A stretch of 64,000 nt of DNA from Opitutales bacterium (GTDB lineage: Bacteria > Verrucomicrobiota > Verrucomicrobiia > Opitutales > UBA2987), in the NCBI GenBank assembly GCA_965226885.1, contig CBDDEL010000016.1:832001-896000 (forward strand). The letters run 5' to 3'. A program made the translations under genes and the position numbers. Every line of letters starts with the position of its first letter. The first letter of the stretch is position 1. The notes beneath the pieces were generated by a model. That model had not been told where the DNA came from. It searched no databases and saw only the letters and a list, made by a program, of their open reading frames with translations. Positions 52,798 to 63,098 of this stretch are shown here, one piece after another.

Positions 52798-53646
52798 ATG
52801 AATATCGATAAGGATATGCTTCTTACCGGGGAAGTGGAGTCTCAGTTGCGAGAATCGCTTAAGAGATGTTCCCCCGAGACCATTAAAGCCGCTCTGGCTT
52901 ACCGCCAGACCAAGGACACCGAGCTTGTCCCAATCATCGTAATAGGGATCATTGAGCGGTTCCTGGAAATCGAATACAGGGAAAAAATCCGCGAAGGGCG
53001 TGACAATTCCCTCCTGGTGGAAGAACTGGGGGTGGATTCTCTCATGATGGTCGAAATCGTGATCCTCATTGAAGAGGTTCTTGTCATGTCGATAGAAAAT
53101 GAGGAGCTGCTCGAATTGAGGACTCTCGGTGATGTCAATTTATTGATACACAGGAAGATACAGAAGATACATGGGTTGCCCACCCCCCACAAGCCGCAGC
53201 CGATATCCCTCCAGGAAATCGAATCCATCGTTCCTGTGCGGCGCCCCTTCCTTTTTATGGAGGAAGCAACCGTCCATGAGGAACAGGCGACGGGCTGGTA
53301 TCGAATCCGGGGCGACGAATTTTTCTTCGAGGGCCACTTCAAAGAAGAGCCGGTTTTTCCCGCTTCCATTATGCTGGAAGCATTGGGCCAATTGGCTATG
53401 CTGCACCTGTTGAAAACCGACAACGGTTTTCTGGATGGTAAAGTTGATCCCCGAAAGATATTATTTGCTTCCTGCGACGGAGTTCGCTGCCGCCGGGTTT
53501 GTAAGCCCGGCGATGTGCTGGACCTCGACGTGCGTTTGAAACAATTACGCTATCCCCTGGCAACTTTTGAAGGCAGGATAACCACGGTTGGTGAAAAAGT
53601 CGCCTATGTCCAATCTCTCTCCCTCACATTCGATTATGAGGAATAA
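52798..53646 (+). CDS. Acyl carrier protein fused to a FabZ/FabA-type dehydratase
   Basis: ELGVDSL phosphopantetheine motif in the first half; PFLF, FEGHF..EPVFPASIMLEALGQ, KPGDVL hot-dog motifs in the second. Confidence 0.85.
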   Translation: MNIDKDMLLTGEVESQLRESLKRCSPETIKAALAYRQTKDTELVPIIVIGIIERFLEIEYREKIREGRDNSLLVEELGVDSLMMVEIVILIEEVLVMSIENEELLELRTLGDVNLLIHRKIQKIHGLPTPHKPQPISLQEIESIVPVRRPFLFMEEATVHEEQATGWYRIRGDEFFFEGHFKEEPVFPASIMLEALGQLAMLHLLKTDNGFLDGKVDPRKILFASCDGVRCRRVCKPGDVLDLDVRLKQLRYPLATFEGRITTVGEKVAYVQSLSLTFDYEE

Positions 53647-53720
53647 TTTTTCGCTTTCGCCATTGAGAACGAAAGGAACCGCAGGCTGGTCCTGAATTAC
53701 CAACCTGGAAATTAGCCGGT

Positions 53721-54980
53721 ATGCCGGAAGTGGTCGTTACTGGGCTGGGTTTTATCACCAGCATCGGGAATAACAAAGGCGTTGTAGCCAAAAATTTGCG
53801 CGAACTCAACCACGGGTTCGAGCGGTACGAGCCTTTTCAGAAGGAGAATATACCCGTCAAGGTAGTCGGCGCCATCAAAGAATTCGACACCAATTCTTAC
53901 GAGGGTGAAGACTGGATATACCCCTCCCAATATAAGCTGAAAAGAGAACATTTGAGGTCGCTTTCACCTCATGGACTCTATGCAAATTGTGCCGTGGCGC
54001 AGGCTGTTGAAGATGCCGGACTGGACGAAGAAGCCTTATCCAATCCCCGATTGGGGCTTTACGCCGCCTCTTCCGGATCGGCCAGTAACCTGCATTACCA
54101 CCTTGGCAAAATGGAAACGAAAGGGGTCATGCGCAGCTCCCCCATGGGCATCATTTCCTCCATCGCGGGAACATTGAACTTCAATCTGGCCTCTCGTTTT
54201 CGCATTCAGGGCGCATCCTGCGGATTCGTATCGGCCTGCGCTTCATCCGGCCACGCCCTCGGTTTCGCCTTTGAAGAAATTCAGCGGGGCAGGCAGGACG
54301 GTATGATTGTGGTGGGGGCCGAGGACGGCAACCTCGAGAGCATCCTGCCTTTTGCCGGGATGCGCGCGTTGAGTCTTTCGGACGATCCCGACACCGCCTC
54401 AAAGCCCTTCGATGTCAATCGCAATGGTTTTGTGGGAACCGGGGGGGCGGTCGCCATGCTGCTGGAAAATGCATCCGCGGCCAAAAAGAGAGGCGCCCGA
54501 ATTTATGCGGAATTTTTAGGATGGGGACAGGGCTCGGACGGACACCACACGGCTCAATCCCACCCCGAAGGCAAAGGTATGATTCTGGCCATTGAAAATG
54601 CTCTTAAAGTAACCGGCCTGGCTCCGGCCCGGATTGATTATATCAATGCCCACGCCCCCTCAACCATTACGGGAGACTTTTCTGAAATCAGAGCCATGAA
54701 AAAAGTATTCGGAAACAATTCCAACGGACCCGCCATAAGCAGCACCAAGGCGCTCACCGGCCACGGAATGTCCCTCTCCAGTATTATGGAAGCGGCCTTC
54801 TGCATGCTCTCATTCGAAGAAAGGTTCATTCCAGGCTCGGCCCATATAGAAAATCTGGATCCTGAGGCCGAAGGACTAAACATCATCCGCCAAAGCAGGG
54901 AAACTTCCCCCCAAGTAATTCTCTCCAACAGCAGCGGTTTCGGAGGCGCCAACGTCGCTTTGTTGTTCGGCGCCCTCTAG
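53721..54980 (+). CDS. Beta-ketoacyl-ACP synthase (FabB/FabF family)
   Basis: VVVTGLG, SACASS (Cys), INAHA (His), STKALTGH (His), SNSSGFGG. Confidence 0.94.
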   Translation: MPEVVVTGLGFITSIGNNKGVVAKNLRELNHGFERYEPFQKENIPVKVVGAIKEFDTNSYEGEDWIYPSQYKLKREHLRSLSPHGLYANCAVAQAVEDAGLDEEALSNPRLGLYAASSGSASNLHYHLGKMETKGVMRSSPMGIISSIAGTLNFNLASRFRIQGASCGFVSACASSGHALGFAFEEIQRGRQDGMIVVGAEDGNLESILPFAGMRALSLSDDPDTASKPFDVNRNGFVGTGGAVAMLLENASAAKKRGARIYAEFLGWGQGSDGHHTAQSHPEGKGMILAIENALKVTGLAPARIDYINAHAPSTITGDFSEIRAMKKVFGNNSNGPAISSTKALTGHGMSLSSIMEAAFCMLSFEERFIPGSAHIENLDPEAEGLNIIRQSRETSPQVILSNSSGFGGANVALLFGAL

Positions 54981-54991
54981 TTGACGGTATT

Positions 54992-56173
54992 ATGACGGTT
55001 ACGGAAAAACCGAGAATACTCGTTCTCACTTCGAGTACGGGAGGCGGGCACGATGCCAGGGCATCCGCTTTTCTCTCCTGGGTGGAAAAATTGCATGACG
55101 GCAGGGTCGAAGTAAAAATCGAACAATTGCTGGAGAATGCCTCCGTCATTACACTTCTGGGAGTGCATATCTATAACTGGATACAGAAAAATGTCCCCGC
55201 GCTTCACCACCTTTATTGGTGGGTCGTCGAGTTTTTCGGGTTTGTGAGCGAACATCTGTTTCTCTTGGGCGCTTCTTATTACAAGAGAAAACTGCAGCAA
55301 TTTCGGCCTCACCTCATTCTCAGCCTGCACGATTCGACCAACCGGGGATACTTCCGGGTGGCCAAGCGGGTCCCCGCCATCAAAGGCGTCTTCTGCGTTA
55401 CCTATTGCGGAGAGTATTCCGGCGGCTATGGGTTCAGCCGCAATTGGGTGACTCCACAGGCGGACCTTTTTATCGCCCGCACCAAGGAGACTCTTGAATA
55501 TGCGGAAAAATTTGGCATCAACGATGGCATTTCCAAAATATTCACTAATTTCCTAAGTCCGGACACCATTGCAGCGACAATGTCTCCCGAGGAACGCCAC
55601 AACTACAGGGAGAACCAATTGGGGCTCTCCGCGGAAAAATTTACACTCCTTTTGGGCACCGGCAAGGCAGGGTTCAACCACCACCTTCGGTTTTTAAATA
55701 TTTTGGCAAAATACCCGCAAAAATCTCAGGCTATCGCGGTTTGCGGCAGCAACCGATCCGCCCATCAAGAACTGATTTCCTGGCAAAAAGAACATCCCGG
55801 TTATGCCCTTCATCTGGAGGGTTATAGTGGAAATTTCCCTCAATTAATTCAATCTTGCGACGCCATGATTACACGCGGCGGCGCAAATACCGCCACCGAG
55901 GCTCTATTTTTCGGTTGTCCATTGATATTCGATACGATGAGAGTTTTAATGCCCCAAGAACGTTTAACCTTGAACTATTTTTCCACCCATGGCGCCGCTG
56001 CCGTCGTGCGATCGACAGAAGATTTTCATAACCTTCTCAAAAACTGGATGGAATTTTCAGATGATTACCAAACCGTAAAAAATCGGATGGCCGGCCTGCG
56101 GTCATCGGACAATCCAGCAGCCTTCGTCCAGGAAATCGTCGATATGGCCATACAAAGAGCCTCAACCCCTTGA
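54992..56173 (+). CDS. GT28 / MGDG-synthase-like glycosyltransferase
   Basis: SSTGGGH, AVCGSN, CDAMITRGGANTATEA, PQERLT. Confidence 0.8.
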   Translation: MTVTEKPRILVLTSSTGGGHDARASAFLSWVEKLHDGRVEVKIEQLLENASVITLLGVHIYNWIQKNVPALHHLYWWVVEFFGFVSEHLFLLGASYYKRKLQQFRPHLILSLHDSTNRGYFRVAKRVPAIKGVFCVTYCGEYSGGYGFSRNWVTPQADLFIARTKETLEYAEKFGINDGISKIFTNFLSPDTIAATMSPEERHNYRENQLGLSAEKFTLLLGTGKAGFNHHLRFLNILAKYPQKSQAIAVCGSNRSAHQELISWQKEHPGYALHLEGYSGNFPQLIQSCDAMITRGGANTATEALFFGCPLIFDTMRVLMPQERLTLNYFSTHGAAAVVRSTEDFHNLLKNWMEFSDDYQTVKNRMAGLRSSDNPAAFVQEIVDMAIQRASTP

Positions 56174-57384
56174 ATCCGATGGCTTCAACCGGAAAAATTG
56201 CCTGGCTTTTTACAACTTTTCCCACGGCCACCGAAACATTTTTGCAAAGAGAGGTCCGCGCCTGCAAGAAACTGGGACTGCCCATGGAACTGTATTCCCT
56301 GTGGGGAGGGGGTGAAAACTTTGAGGGACTGCCCATCCGCAAATTCCCCAAATGGCGACTTTTGGCCCTCCTCTGGCGCCTGCCGTTTTTATTGTTAACC
56401 CGCCCCAAGGCATTGGCCAAATCTTTGGGCCCCTATCTGCAACGACCGCCGCCTTCCATTATAAACTTTTGTGAAAACCTGATCGGCCTCTCCTTCGCAA
56501 TCCTCTACGCGGAACATTTCAAAGTCAGCCGCCCGCTGCTGTTCCATGCCGTTTGGGCCACCATGCCGACAACCGCGGCCAGGCTTTTGCAGGCCCTAAC
56601 GGGTATCCCCTACTCCATGGGCGCCCACGCCTACGATGTGTTTGAAAATGGCGGCGACTGGATCCTGAAGGAAAAACTCCGGGAGGCTCAATTCATCCAC
56701 ACCACTACCGAAGCGACCAGGAAAACCTTGCTCTCGTATGGGGCGGAACCCGCCAAAATTCACCTTATCCGCAGGGGTCTGCTACCCCTGCCCTCTTTGC
56801 AGCCATTGCGCAAATCTAGAACAAAAGTGCGATTGGTCAGCATTGGCCGTCTCATCGAAAAAAAGGGCTGGGCCGGCCAGTTGGATATTTACGCCGCATT
56901 GGCTGCCAGCGGAGTTGACTTCGAAGCCTGCCTGATAGGAAAAGGCCCGCTCCGCAGCCAGCTAATGCGCAAGCGGAATCGGCTCAAGCTATCCCACCGG
57001 GTGCGTTTCCTGGGAGGTTTAAGCGAAAAACAAACCATGCATGAGCTATCTCGTGCCGACATTTTTCTCTTCACCGGAATTGTTGCGCCAAACGGAGACA
57101 GAGATGGTTTACCCAACGTAATTCCCGAAGCCATGGCGACCGGTCTTTGCGTCCTGACAACATCCGTGGGCGGCACTTTGGAAGCTATTGAAAATGGCAA
57201 AACCGGCCTCGTCCTACCGCCGGATTCACCCGAAAAATGGGTGGCCGCCATTCAAAAAATCCAGCGCAACGACGATTTCAGTGAAAACCTCAGAAAAGAG
57301 GCCAGGGAATGGGTCGAAGAAAATTTCGATGCCTTTCTGAACAGTCAAAAACTAATACAAGCATTTGCCTCCGTGAAATCCTGA
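56170..57384 (+). CDS. GT4 glycosyltransferase (WcaL-like)
   Basis: FPTATETF, AHAYD, IGRLIEKKG, DRDGLPNVIPEAMATG. Confidence 0.9.
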   Translation: MNPMASTGKIAWLFTTFPTATETFLQREVRACKKLGLPMELYSLWGGGENFEGLPIRKFPKWRLLALLWRLPFLLLTRPKALAKSLGPYLQRPPPSIINFCENLIGLSFAILYAEHFKVSRPLLFHAVWATMPTTAARLLQALTGIPYSMGAHAYDVFENGGDWILKEKLREAQFIHTTTEATRKTLLSYGAEPAKIHLIRRGLLPLPSLQPLRKSRTKVRLVSIGRLIEKKGWAGQLDIYAALAASGVDFEACLIGKGPLRSQLMRKRNRLKLSHRVRFLGGLSEKQTMHELSRADIFLFTGIVAPNGDRDGLPNVIPEAMATGLCVLTTSVGGTLEAIENGKTGLVLPPDSPEKWVAAIQKIQRNDDFSENLRKEAREWVEENFDAFLNSQKLIQAFASVKS

Positions 57385-57402
57385 AAATCTTTACTGCCTA
57401 AG

Positions 57403-57666
57403 TTAGAACAAATCGCTATGGCTACCGGTTCGTTCTAGAAGAAGCTGCTCATTCGATATTCTATATATCAGAATCCAATCCGGTTCGATATGGCAATCCC
57501 TTCGTCCCTTCCAATTTCCTCTCAGTGGATGATCTTTGTAGCGAGCTGGCAAATGGTTTCTCGACAACAAAATTTTAACTACTTTTATAATCTTGGAATA
57601 ATCTTTTCCTTTTCTAATTTGCGTTCTGATATCTTTTCTAAATTGAGAAGTTTGTGAAAGCTTCAT
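57403..57666 (-). CDS. yafQ: Type II toxin, YafQ family mRNA interferase
   Basis: KDHPLRGNWKGRRDCHIEPDWILIY, RTGSHSDLF. Confidence 0.94.
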   Translation of the reverse strand: MKLSQTSQFRKDIRTQIRKGKDYSKIIKVVKILLSRNHLPARYKDHPLRGNWKGRRDCHIEPDWILIYRISNEQLLLERTGSHSDLF

Positions 57667-57926
57667 TCTTTATTCCAGCTTGCCGCCATTTCATCAATTG
57701 AATCGAAAGTTTCAATTTCTTCACCCCGGTCACTCTTTTCCAACGTTTCTATTGTGAGTTGATTAGGAATTCTCAGCTCAACCGGAAATTCTTTTCTTAA
57801 AGCAATTTGTCTGTATAACAGGCGGACCGCTTCAGTGGGAGTCATCCCGATTTGTTGCAGGACCTTTTCAGAAGCTTCTTTGGTTTTTTTATCAATTCTG
57901 GCGTGGACTGTGGCAGTTTGTTTCAT
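57663..57926 (-). CDS. dinJ: Type II antitoxin, RelB/DinJ family
   Basis: VHARIDKKTK...GMTPTEAVRL...FPVELRIPN; 4-nt overlap with the toxin. Confidence 0.9.
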   Translation of the reverse strand: MKQTATVHARIDKKTKEASEKVLQQIGMTPTEAVRLLYRQIALRKEFPVELRIPNQLTIETLEKSDRGEEIETFDSIDEMAASWNKE

Positions 57927-57933
57927 GACTATT

Positions 57934-57961
57934 AATGTAGCACGTTTGCAACATTCGTCAA
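57934..57961 (-). promoter_or_regulatory. Sigma70-type promoter of dinJ-yafQ with overlapping palindromic operator
   Basis: Minus strand TTGACG-16nt-TACATT with TGn extension; inverted repeat AATGTAGCA-cgtt-TGCAACATT at 57934-57955. Confidence 0.7.
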
Positions 57962-58105
57962 TTTTATTTTTTTAGGCGCTATTCGTTTTTTGCGCGCTTT
58001 TCTACCTGATTTTTCCTTGTGCCTGATTGGGGACGAGCATTACAGTTTCCAGACCATGGCTTATCTTCTGCCCGATCTGTGATATTGACCCGCCTAAACT
58101 CATTG

Positions 58106-59518
58106 ATGCGTTTAAAACTGCAACCACACCGGGTAATTTGGAGCCTCTTTTTGGGCATAACGCCGGTTGCGGCGGAAAAACCTGAAAAACCAAACATCGT
58201 CTTTATCATGGCGGACGACCTTGGTTACGGGCATCTCGGGTGTTATGGGCAAACAAAGATTCGTACTCCCCATATTGACCGTTTGGCGGCGCAGGGAGTT
58301 CGCTTTACCGATGTCTATGCCGGAGCTCCCGTTTGTGCGCCTTCACGGAGCGTATTGATGACGGGTCTGCATGGCGGGCACACCCCGGTGCGCGGAAACA
58401 GCGGCGGGATTCCTCTGCATCCGGGAGATATCACGATTGCTGAACTATTGAAGGAGGCCGGCTACTCCACCGGGTTGTTTGGTAAGTGGGGGCTGGGGGA
58501 ATTCGGAACCGATGGAGTTCCCTGGAAGCAGGGATTCGATGAGTTTTTCGGATACCTCCACCAGTATCATGCGCACTTCTACTATCCAGAATACCTTTGG
58601 CACAATGATCGCCGTTACCCTTTGCCGGGTAATTTGGACGGCCAGAGAGGGCAATATACCCACGATGAAATTGTTGCCAAGGCGATGGGCTTTATTCGAG
58701 ACCATCAGGAGGAACCATTCTTCCTCTATCTGCCTTTTGCCGTGCCTCACTATGAATTGTTGGTTCCGGAGGGTTCCCTCAAGGAATATGCCGGCAAATT
58801 CCCGGAAACGCCTTACGAAGGCCGGGGCAGGCCGACGGGTTATCCGAGCGATTATGCCAAACAACCTATGCCTAAAGCGGCCACGGCGGCCATCATCTCT
58901 CACATGGACAGAAGTGTTGGTAAAATCATGGATCTGTTGGGCGAATTGAATCTCGATGAAGAGACAATCGTAATCTTCACAAGTGACAACGGCCCCGTGG
59001 AAGGAGCCGCCGATCCTGATTTTTTTGAAGCCAGCGGTCCGCTTCGGGGTTATAAACGCACTCTCTACGAAGGAGGCCTGAGAGTTCCCGCGATCATTCG
59101 TTGGACGGGCAAAATCCAGGCTGGAACAGTCAACCGCACTCCCTGGCATTTTGCCGATGTTTTGCCGACTTTAACCGAAATAGCCGGTAGAACCACTCCT
59201 GAAAACATCGATGGCAAATCTATGTTACCGCTCTTGCTCGGATCGGAAAATCCGGTTCAAGTGGAGGATCGAGTTTTCTATTGGGAATTTAGAGGCGCCG
59301 CTGCCATCCGATATGGAAAGTGGAAGGCGATTCGTCCCATACAACCCGATGCCCCGGTCGAATTATATGACCTTTCTACCGATATCTCTGAAAACAATAA
59401 TGTGGCGGATGATTATCCTGATATTATTGCAAAGCTTATCCCGATTCTGGAATCGGCCCACCTCGACCCGCGTCCCCAAATCGAGCCGGAACCGCCAGCC
59501 GATAAACGCTTCAGGTGA
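58106..59518 (+). CDS. Arylsulfatase (formylglycine-dependent)
   Basis: KPNIVFIMADDLG, CAPSR, GKWGLG, FTSDNG, LYEGGLRVP; signal peptide from MRLKL. Confidence 0.94.
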   Translation: MRLKLQPHRVIWSLFLGITPVAAEKPEKPNIVFIMADDLGYGHLGCYGQTKIRTPHIDRLAAQGVRFTDVYAGAPVCAPSRSVLMTGLHGGHTPVRGNSGGIPLHPGDITIAELLKEAGYSTGLFGKWGLGEFGTDGVPWKQGFDEFFGYLHQYHAHFYYPEYLWHNDRRYPLPGNLDGQRGQYTHDEIVAKAMGFIRDHQEEPFFLYLPFAVPHYELLVPEGSLKEYAGKFPETPYEGRGRPTGYPSDYAKQPMPKAATAAIISHMDRSVGKIMDLLGELNLDEETIVIFTSDNGPVEGAADPDFFEASGPLRGYKRTLYEGGLRVPAIIRWTGKIQAGTVNRTPWHFADVLPTLTEIAGRTTPENIDGKSMLPLLLGSENPVQVEDRVFYWEFRGAAAIRYGKWKAIRPIQPDAPVELYDLSTDISENNNVADDYPDIIAKLIPILESAHLDPRPQIEPEPPADKRFR

Positions 59519-59540
59519 TAAGATGTGCCTGCCTTTTTGA

Positions 59541-61163
59541 TCACTCTACTATTTCCAGACTGATGTATTTATAGGGATGCCAGTCGAGGAGGTTGGGATG
59601 CCAGTTTTTTACTTCGGGGCGGATGAGGTAGGCGTTGACGTAGAAGTAGAGGGGGATGATGGGGGATTCCTGGAGGAGGAGCGCTTCGGCACCGGCAAAT
59701 AATTGCAGGCGTTCGGATGGGTGGCCGTGGCCGGTTTGGGCTGCCTGTTTAATTAAATTGTCGTAAAGGGAGTTTTTCCAGCGGCTGTGGTTATTGCCGG
59801 AACCGCTGGTCCAGATTTCGAGAAAGGTATTGGGATCGTTGTAGTCGCCCACCCAACTGGAGCGGGCGATGTGAAAATCCCCGTTGTTGCGCGAGTCGAG
59901 GTAAACCTTGTATTCCTGGTTGCGCAATTCGACCCGGATGCCGAGGGCGGTCTTCCACATTTGCTGGATCGCTTCGGCCATGGCTTTGTTGTTTTCCGAA
60001 GAGTTGAATAATAGCTCTAAATGGGGAAATCCTTTTCCCTGCAGAAAACCGGCTTCGGCCAGTAAACGACGAGCCTCTACGGCATTTTCCACAATCCGGT
60101 CTGCAGGGGCCGGGGCGTATCCGCCCGTTCCGGCGGGAGTAAAATGATACGCCGCCAATTGCCCTCCGGCCTTGACATGTTCAACCAGGCTGCGGCGATC
60201 GAGGGCCAGGCTGAGCGCCCGCCGCACCCGGACATCGTCCAGCGGCGCGATTTCCGTATTGAGCAGGTAATATTCCGTGCCCAGATACGGATCGAGACGA
60301 AGGAAGGGAGAATTCTCCCGCCTATAATGGCCCAGTTTGGTCGATGGCACGGTCTCGGTGACATGCAATTGACCCACCTTGAAAGCCAATTCCTCGGTAT
60401 TGAGGTTCTCGATGGGGTAAAACCGGATTTCCTCCAATCGAACCGTGGCCGCGTCCCAATAAAAAGGATTCCTTTCCACCCCGACCACTTCATTAACCCT
60501 CCATTCCTTGAGACGAAAGGGCCCGTTTCCCACATGGGATCTAGCCTGCGTCCAGCCTGTGGCGCGTTCATCGGCGGCGCCGTGGCTGAGCAATGTTTTT
60601 TTGTGCACTGGATACCAGGCCGGATGCATGAGCAGGGAAAGGAAGTAGGGCGTCGGTTCCACCAATGTAAGCTCAAGGATAGCGTCGCTAACGGCAACCG
60701 CGCCCACCTGCGAAAAATCTTCGATTGCGTCGGCATGAAACGCTTCGGCATTTTCCAGGACAAAAAGCAACCCGGCGTTGGCCGCGCCCAGTGCCGGGCT
60801 GAGCATCCTTTTAAAAGAAAAAATAAAGTCACGGGCCGTGAGAGAGTCGCCGTTGGACCACCGCGCTTCTTTTCGCAGGTAAAAGGTGTAAATCCGTCCA
60901 TTGTCCGAAATTTCCCACTTTTCGGCCACACCGGGAACCGGGCTGAGATCCTCGGGATGCGGGCTGACCAAACCCTCGAACAAGGCCATGTGGATATTGA
61001 TTTCGGAAACGCCGGTGGTCGTTTGAGGGTCGAGATCGGCCGGTTCGACCTGATTGCCCAGGTGCAGGATTTGATGGCTATTGCCGTGCTCGACCGGTGT
61101 TTCCCTTTTGGCGCAACCTGCCAACAGAACTGCCAGCAAGACTGCCCTCAGCGCAATTTTCAT
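59541..61163 (-). CDS. oppA: Oligopeptide ABC transporter substrate-binding lipoprotein
   Basis: Lipobox LAGC; LFEGLV, PGVAEKWEIS..G.IYTFYLR, WSNGD, GNGPF, WVGDYNDP. Confidence 0.93.
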   Translation of the reverse strand: MKIALRAVLLAVLLAGCAKRETPVEHGNSHQILHLGNQVEPADLDPQTTTGVSEINIHMALFEGLVSPHPEDLSPVPGVAEKWEISDNGRIYTFYLRKEARWSNGDSLTARDFIFSFKRMLSPALGAANAGLLFVLENAEAFHADAIEDFSQVGAVAVSDAILELTLVEPTPYFLSLLMHPAWYPVHKKTLLSHGAADERATGWTQARSHVGNGPFRLKEWRVNEVVGVERNPFYWDAATVRLEEIRFYPIENLNTEELAFKVGQLHVTETVPSTKLGHYRRENSPFLRLDPYLGTEYYLLNTEIAPLDDVRVRRALSLALDRRSLVEHVKAGGQLAAYHFTPAGTGGYAPAPADRIVENAVEARRLLAEAGFLQGKGFPHLELLFNSSENNKAMAEAIQQMWKTALGIRVELRNQEYKVYLDSRNNGDFHIARSSWVGDYNDPNTFLEIWTSGSGNNHSRWKNSLYDNLIKQAAQTGHGHPSERLQLFAGAEALLLQESPIIPLYFYVNAYLIRPEVKNWHPNLLDWHPYKYISLEIVE

Positions 61164-63031
61164 TTCTTACCTGCGACCCATTCGCGGATTATCTCATTGA
61201 GCACGTCGAGGGGCATCAGGCCATGCCCCAACACCTGGTCGTGAAACTCCCGCACGTCAAATCCGCTGCCCAGCTCAACGGTGGCGTAACGGCGCAGTTC
61301 CTTGATCTTGAGTTCGCCCGTTTTGTAGGCCAATGCCTGCCCGGGCCAGGAAATGTAGCGGTCCACCTCGACCGTAATATTCTTTTCCGTCAGGCCGGAG
61401 TTTTCCTTGAAAAAATCAATGGCGGCCTGCCGGCTCCAGCCGAGGGCATGCATACCGGTATCGACCACCAGCCGGATGGCCCGCCACATTTCGTAGGAGA
61501 GCTGCCCGAACTTGGAATAGGGGTCCTGGTAAAATCCCATTTCCTCCCCCAGAGATTCCGAATACAGGCCCCAACCCTCTCCGTAAGCGGTGATCCAGAG
61601 GTTTTTGCGAAATTCGGGCAAACCTTCCAGTTCCTGCGCAATTGCGATTTGCAGGTGGTGGCCGGGCACCGCTTCATGCAGGGAGAGCGATTCCATCTCG
61701 AATTTCGGTCGCGATTTCAAATCGTAGGTATTGGCGAAAAAATTACCGGGACGCCCCGCCAGTAGCGAACCGGGGCGATAATAGGCTGTGGTCTGCGATT
61801 TCGCCATATATTCGGGCACTTCCACCACCCCGTAGGGCAGGCGCGGAAGGGCCCCGAAGATTTTGATTAATTCGGGATCGGCCCTCTTGCAAATGGCCCT
61901 ATAAGCCGTCATAAGGTCCTCGGCCTCATCAAAGTAAAACTGCGGATCAGTGCGCAGAAAGGCCAGAAATTCTTCGCGCGTGCCCTCGAAGCCGGTCTTT
62001 TCGATGACTTTCTCCATTTTCCCCCGGATGCGTTTAACTTCGCTCAATCCAATCCGGTGAACCTCCTCCGGCGAGCGATTGCTGGTGGTGTGTTTTTTAA
62101 CCGCAAAGGCGTACCATTCCCGTCCGTTGGGCAGGGCACTCCAGCCGATCGCTTCCCGGCACAGAGGCATATAAGTGTTTTCCAAATAATCGCCGAAAGC
62201 CAGAAAGGCTGGATTGACGGTTTCGAGAATAACCGTTCGGGCCTCTAGCAGGAGCTTTTCGCGAATTTGCGGATCGATGGATTCGGGCAAGTCCTTAAAC
62301 GGCAGCCAAAGCGGATTTTTTTCCAGGTCGAAGGCCGCGGTAGCCCGGATTTCTTCCGGAAAATTAACCAAAGTGATTCTGGCCGGGGTAACTCCCAGGG
62401 CCGAATAATGCTCCATCACCGATTGCGCTTCACCGAGCAATTGCGGGACTCCTTTGAGGCGGGCTATGATGTTGGCAAAATCCTCCTCCTGGCGCGCCGG
62501 CATTATGGCGAAGGTGTTGGGAATAGTCTGGGTAACGCTCTGCATGTAATTGACCGGCATGGAAGCGAATTCGGGCGGAAAGCGATAGCCTTCAATCGAT
62601 TGCTGCAGGAGGTAGGCAAAAAGTTTGTAGTTCAGCCGGTCGGCCGTGGGCAGAGAGCCGGGCTCGATGGCATCGAGTATCTCCTTTTGCCGATAGGTGG
62701 CGTCACGTTGACGTTCCTCCGCCTCCAGGCTCAATTCGTGCCAGCGGTCGTTGTAGCCGGAGCGCCCCAGTTGGGTCGCGAAGACCGGGCTTTCAAACAA
62801 ACCATGTTCCCAGGAAACCTCGAAAAGACGGTGCAGCCGTTCCGAGGGGGAGAGTTCGTCCCGATTTTTCAGGAGTCGCTCGTAATCACGGGCAAACGTT
62901 TGGGAACTGGTTTCCGCAAAAAGCGGAATTGAAAAAAACAATATAAGAGCGGAGATACAAAAAAGAGGATATTTCACGAAAAAGAGGAATTGAGATTTTT
63001 CGTCCGCAAGTTGAGGAAAACCGCCAGGCAT
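61160..63031 (-). CDS. DUF885 domain protein
   Basis: HEAVPGHHLQ, AYGEGWGLYSE, RAIRLVVDTGMH, EVDRY..WPGQALAYK; start uncertain. Confidence 0.9.
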   Translation of the reverse strand: MPGGFPQLADEKSQFLFFVKYPLFCISALILFFSIPLFAETSSQTFARDYERLLKNRDELSPSERLHRLFEVSWEHGLFESPVFATQLGRSGYNDRWHELSLEAEERQRDATYRQKEILDAIEPGSLPTADRLNYKLFAYLLQQSIEGYRFPPEFASMPVNYMQSVTQTIPNTFAIMPARQEEDFANIIARLKGVPQLLGEAQSVMEHYSALGVTPARITLVNFPEEIRATAAFDLEKNPLWLPFKDLPESIDPQIREKLLLEARTVILETVNPAFLAFGDYLENTYMPLCREAIGWSALPNGREWYAFAVKKHTTSNRSPEEVHRIGLSEVKRIRGKMEKVIEKTGFEGTREEFLAFLRTDPQFYFDEAEDLMTAYRAICKRADPELIKIFGALPRLPYGVVEVPEYMAKSQTTAYYRPGSLLAGRPGNFFANTYDLKSRPKFEMESLSLHEAVPGHHLQIAIAQELEGLPEFRKNLWITAYGEGWGLYSESLGEEMGFYQDPYSKFGQLSYEMWRAIRLVVDTGMHALGWSRQAAIDFFKENSGLTEKNITVEVDRYISWPGQALAYKTGELKIKELRRYATVELGSGFDVREFHDQVLGHGLMPLDVLNEIIREWVAGKK

Positions 63032-63098
63032 GGCAAGGATTTCCCAGAATTGAGCGACCTGCGCGGAGGGATTCTCCAGCCTTCTGTTGACCGATTAT

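Noticed and set aside
60144..61244. 366-aa plus-strand ORF
   Set aside because: Antisense to oppA, no motifs; typical of GC-rich coding DNA.
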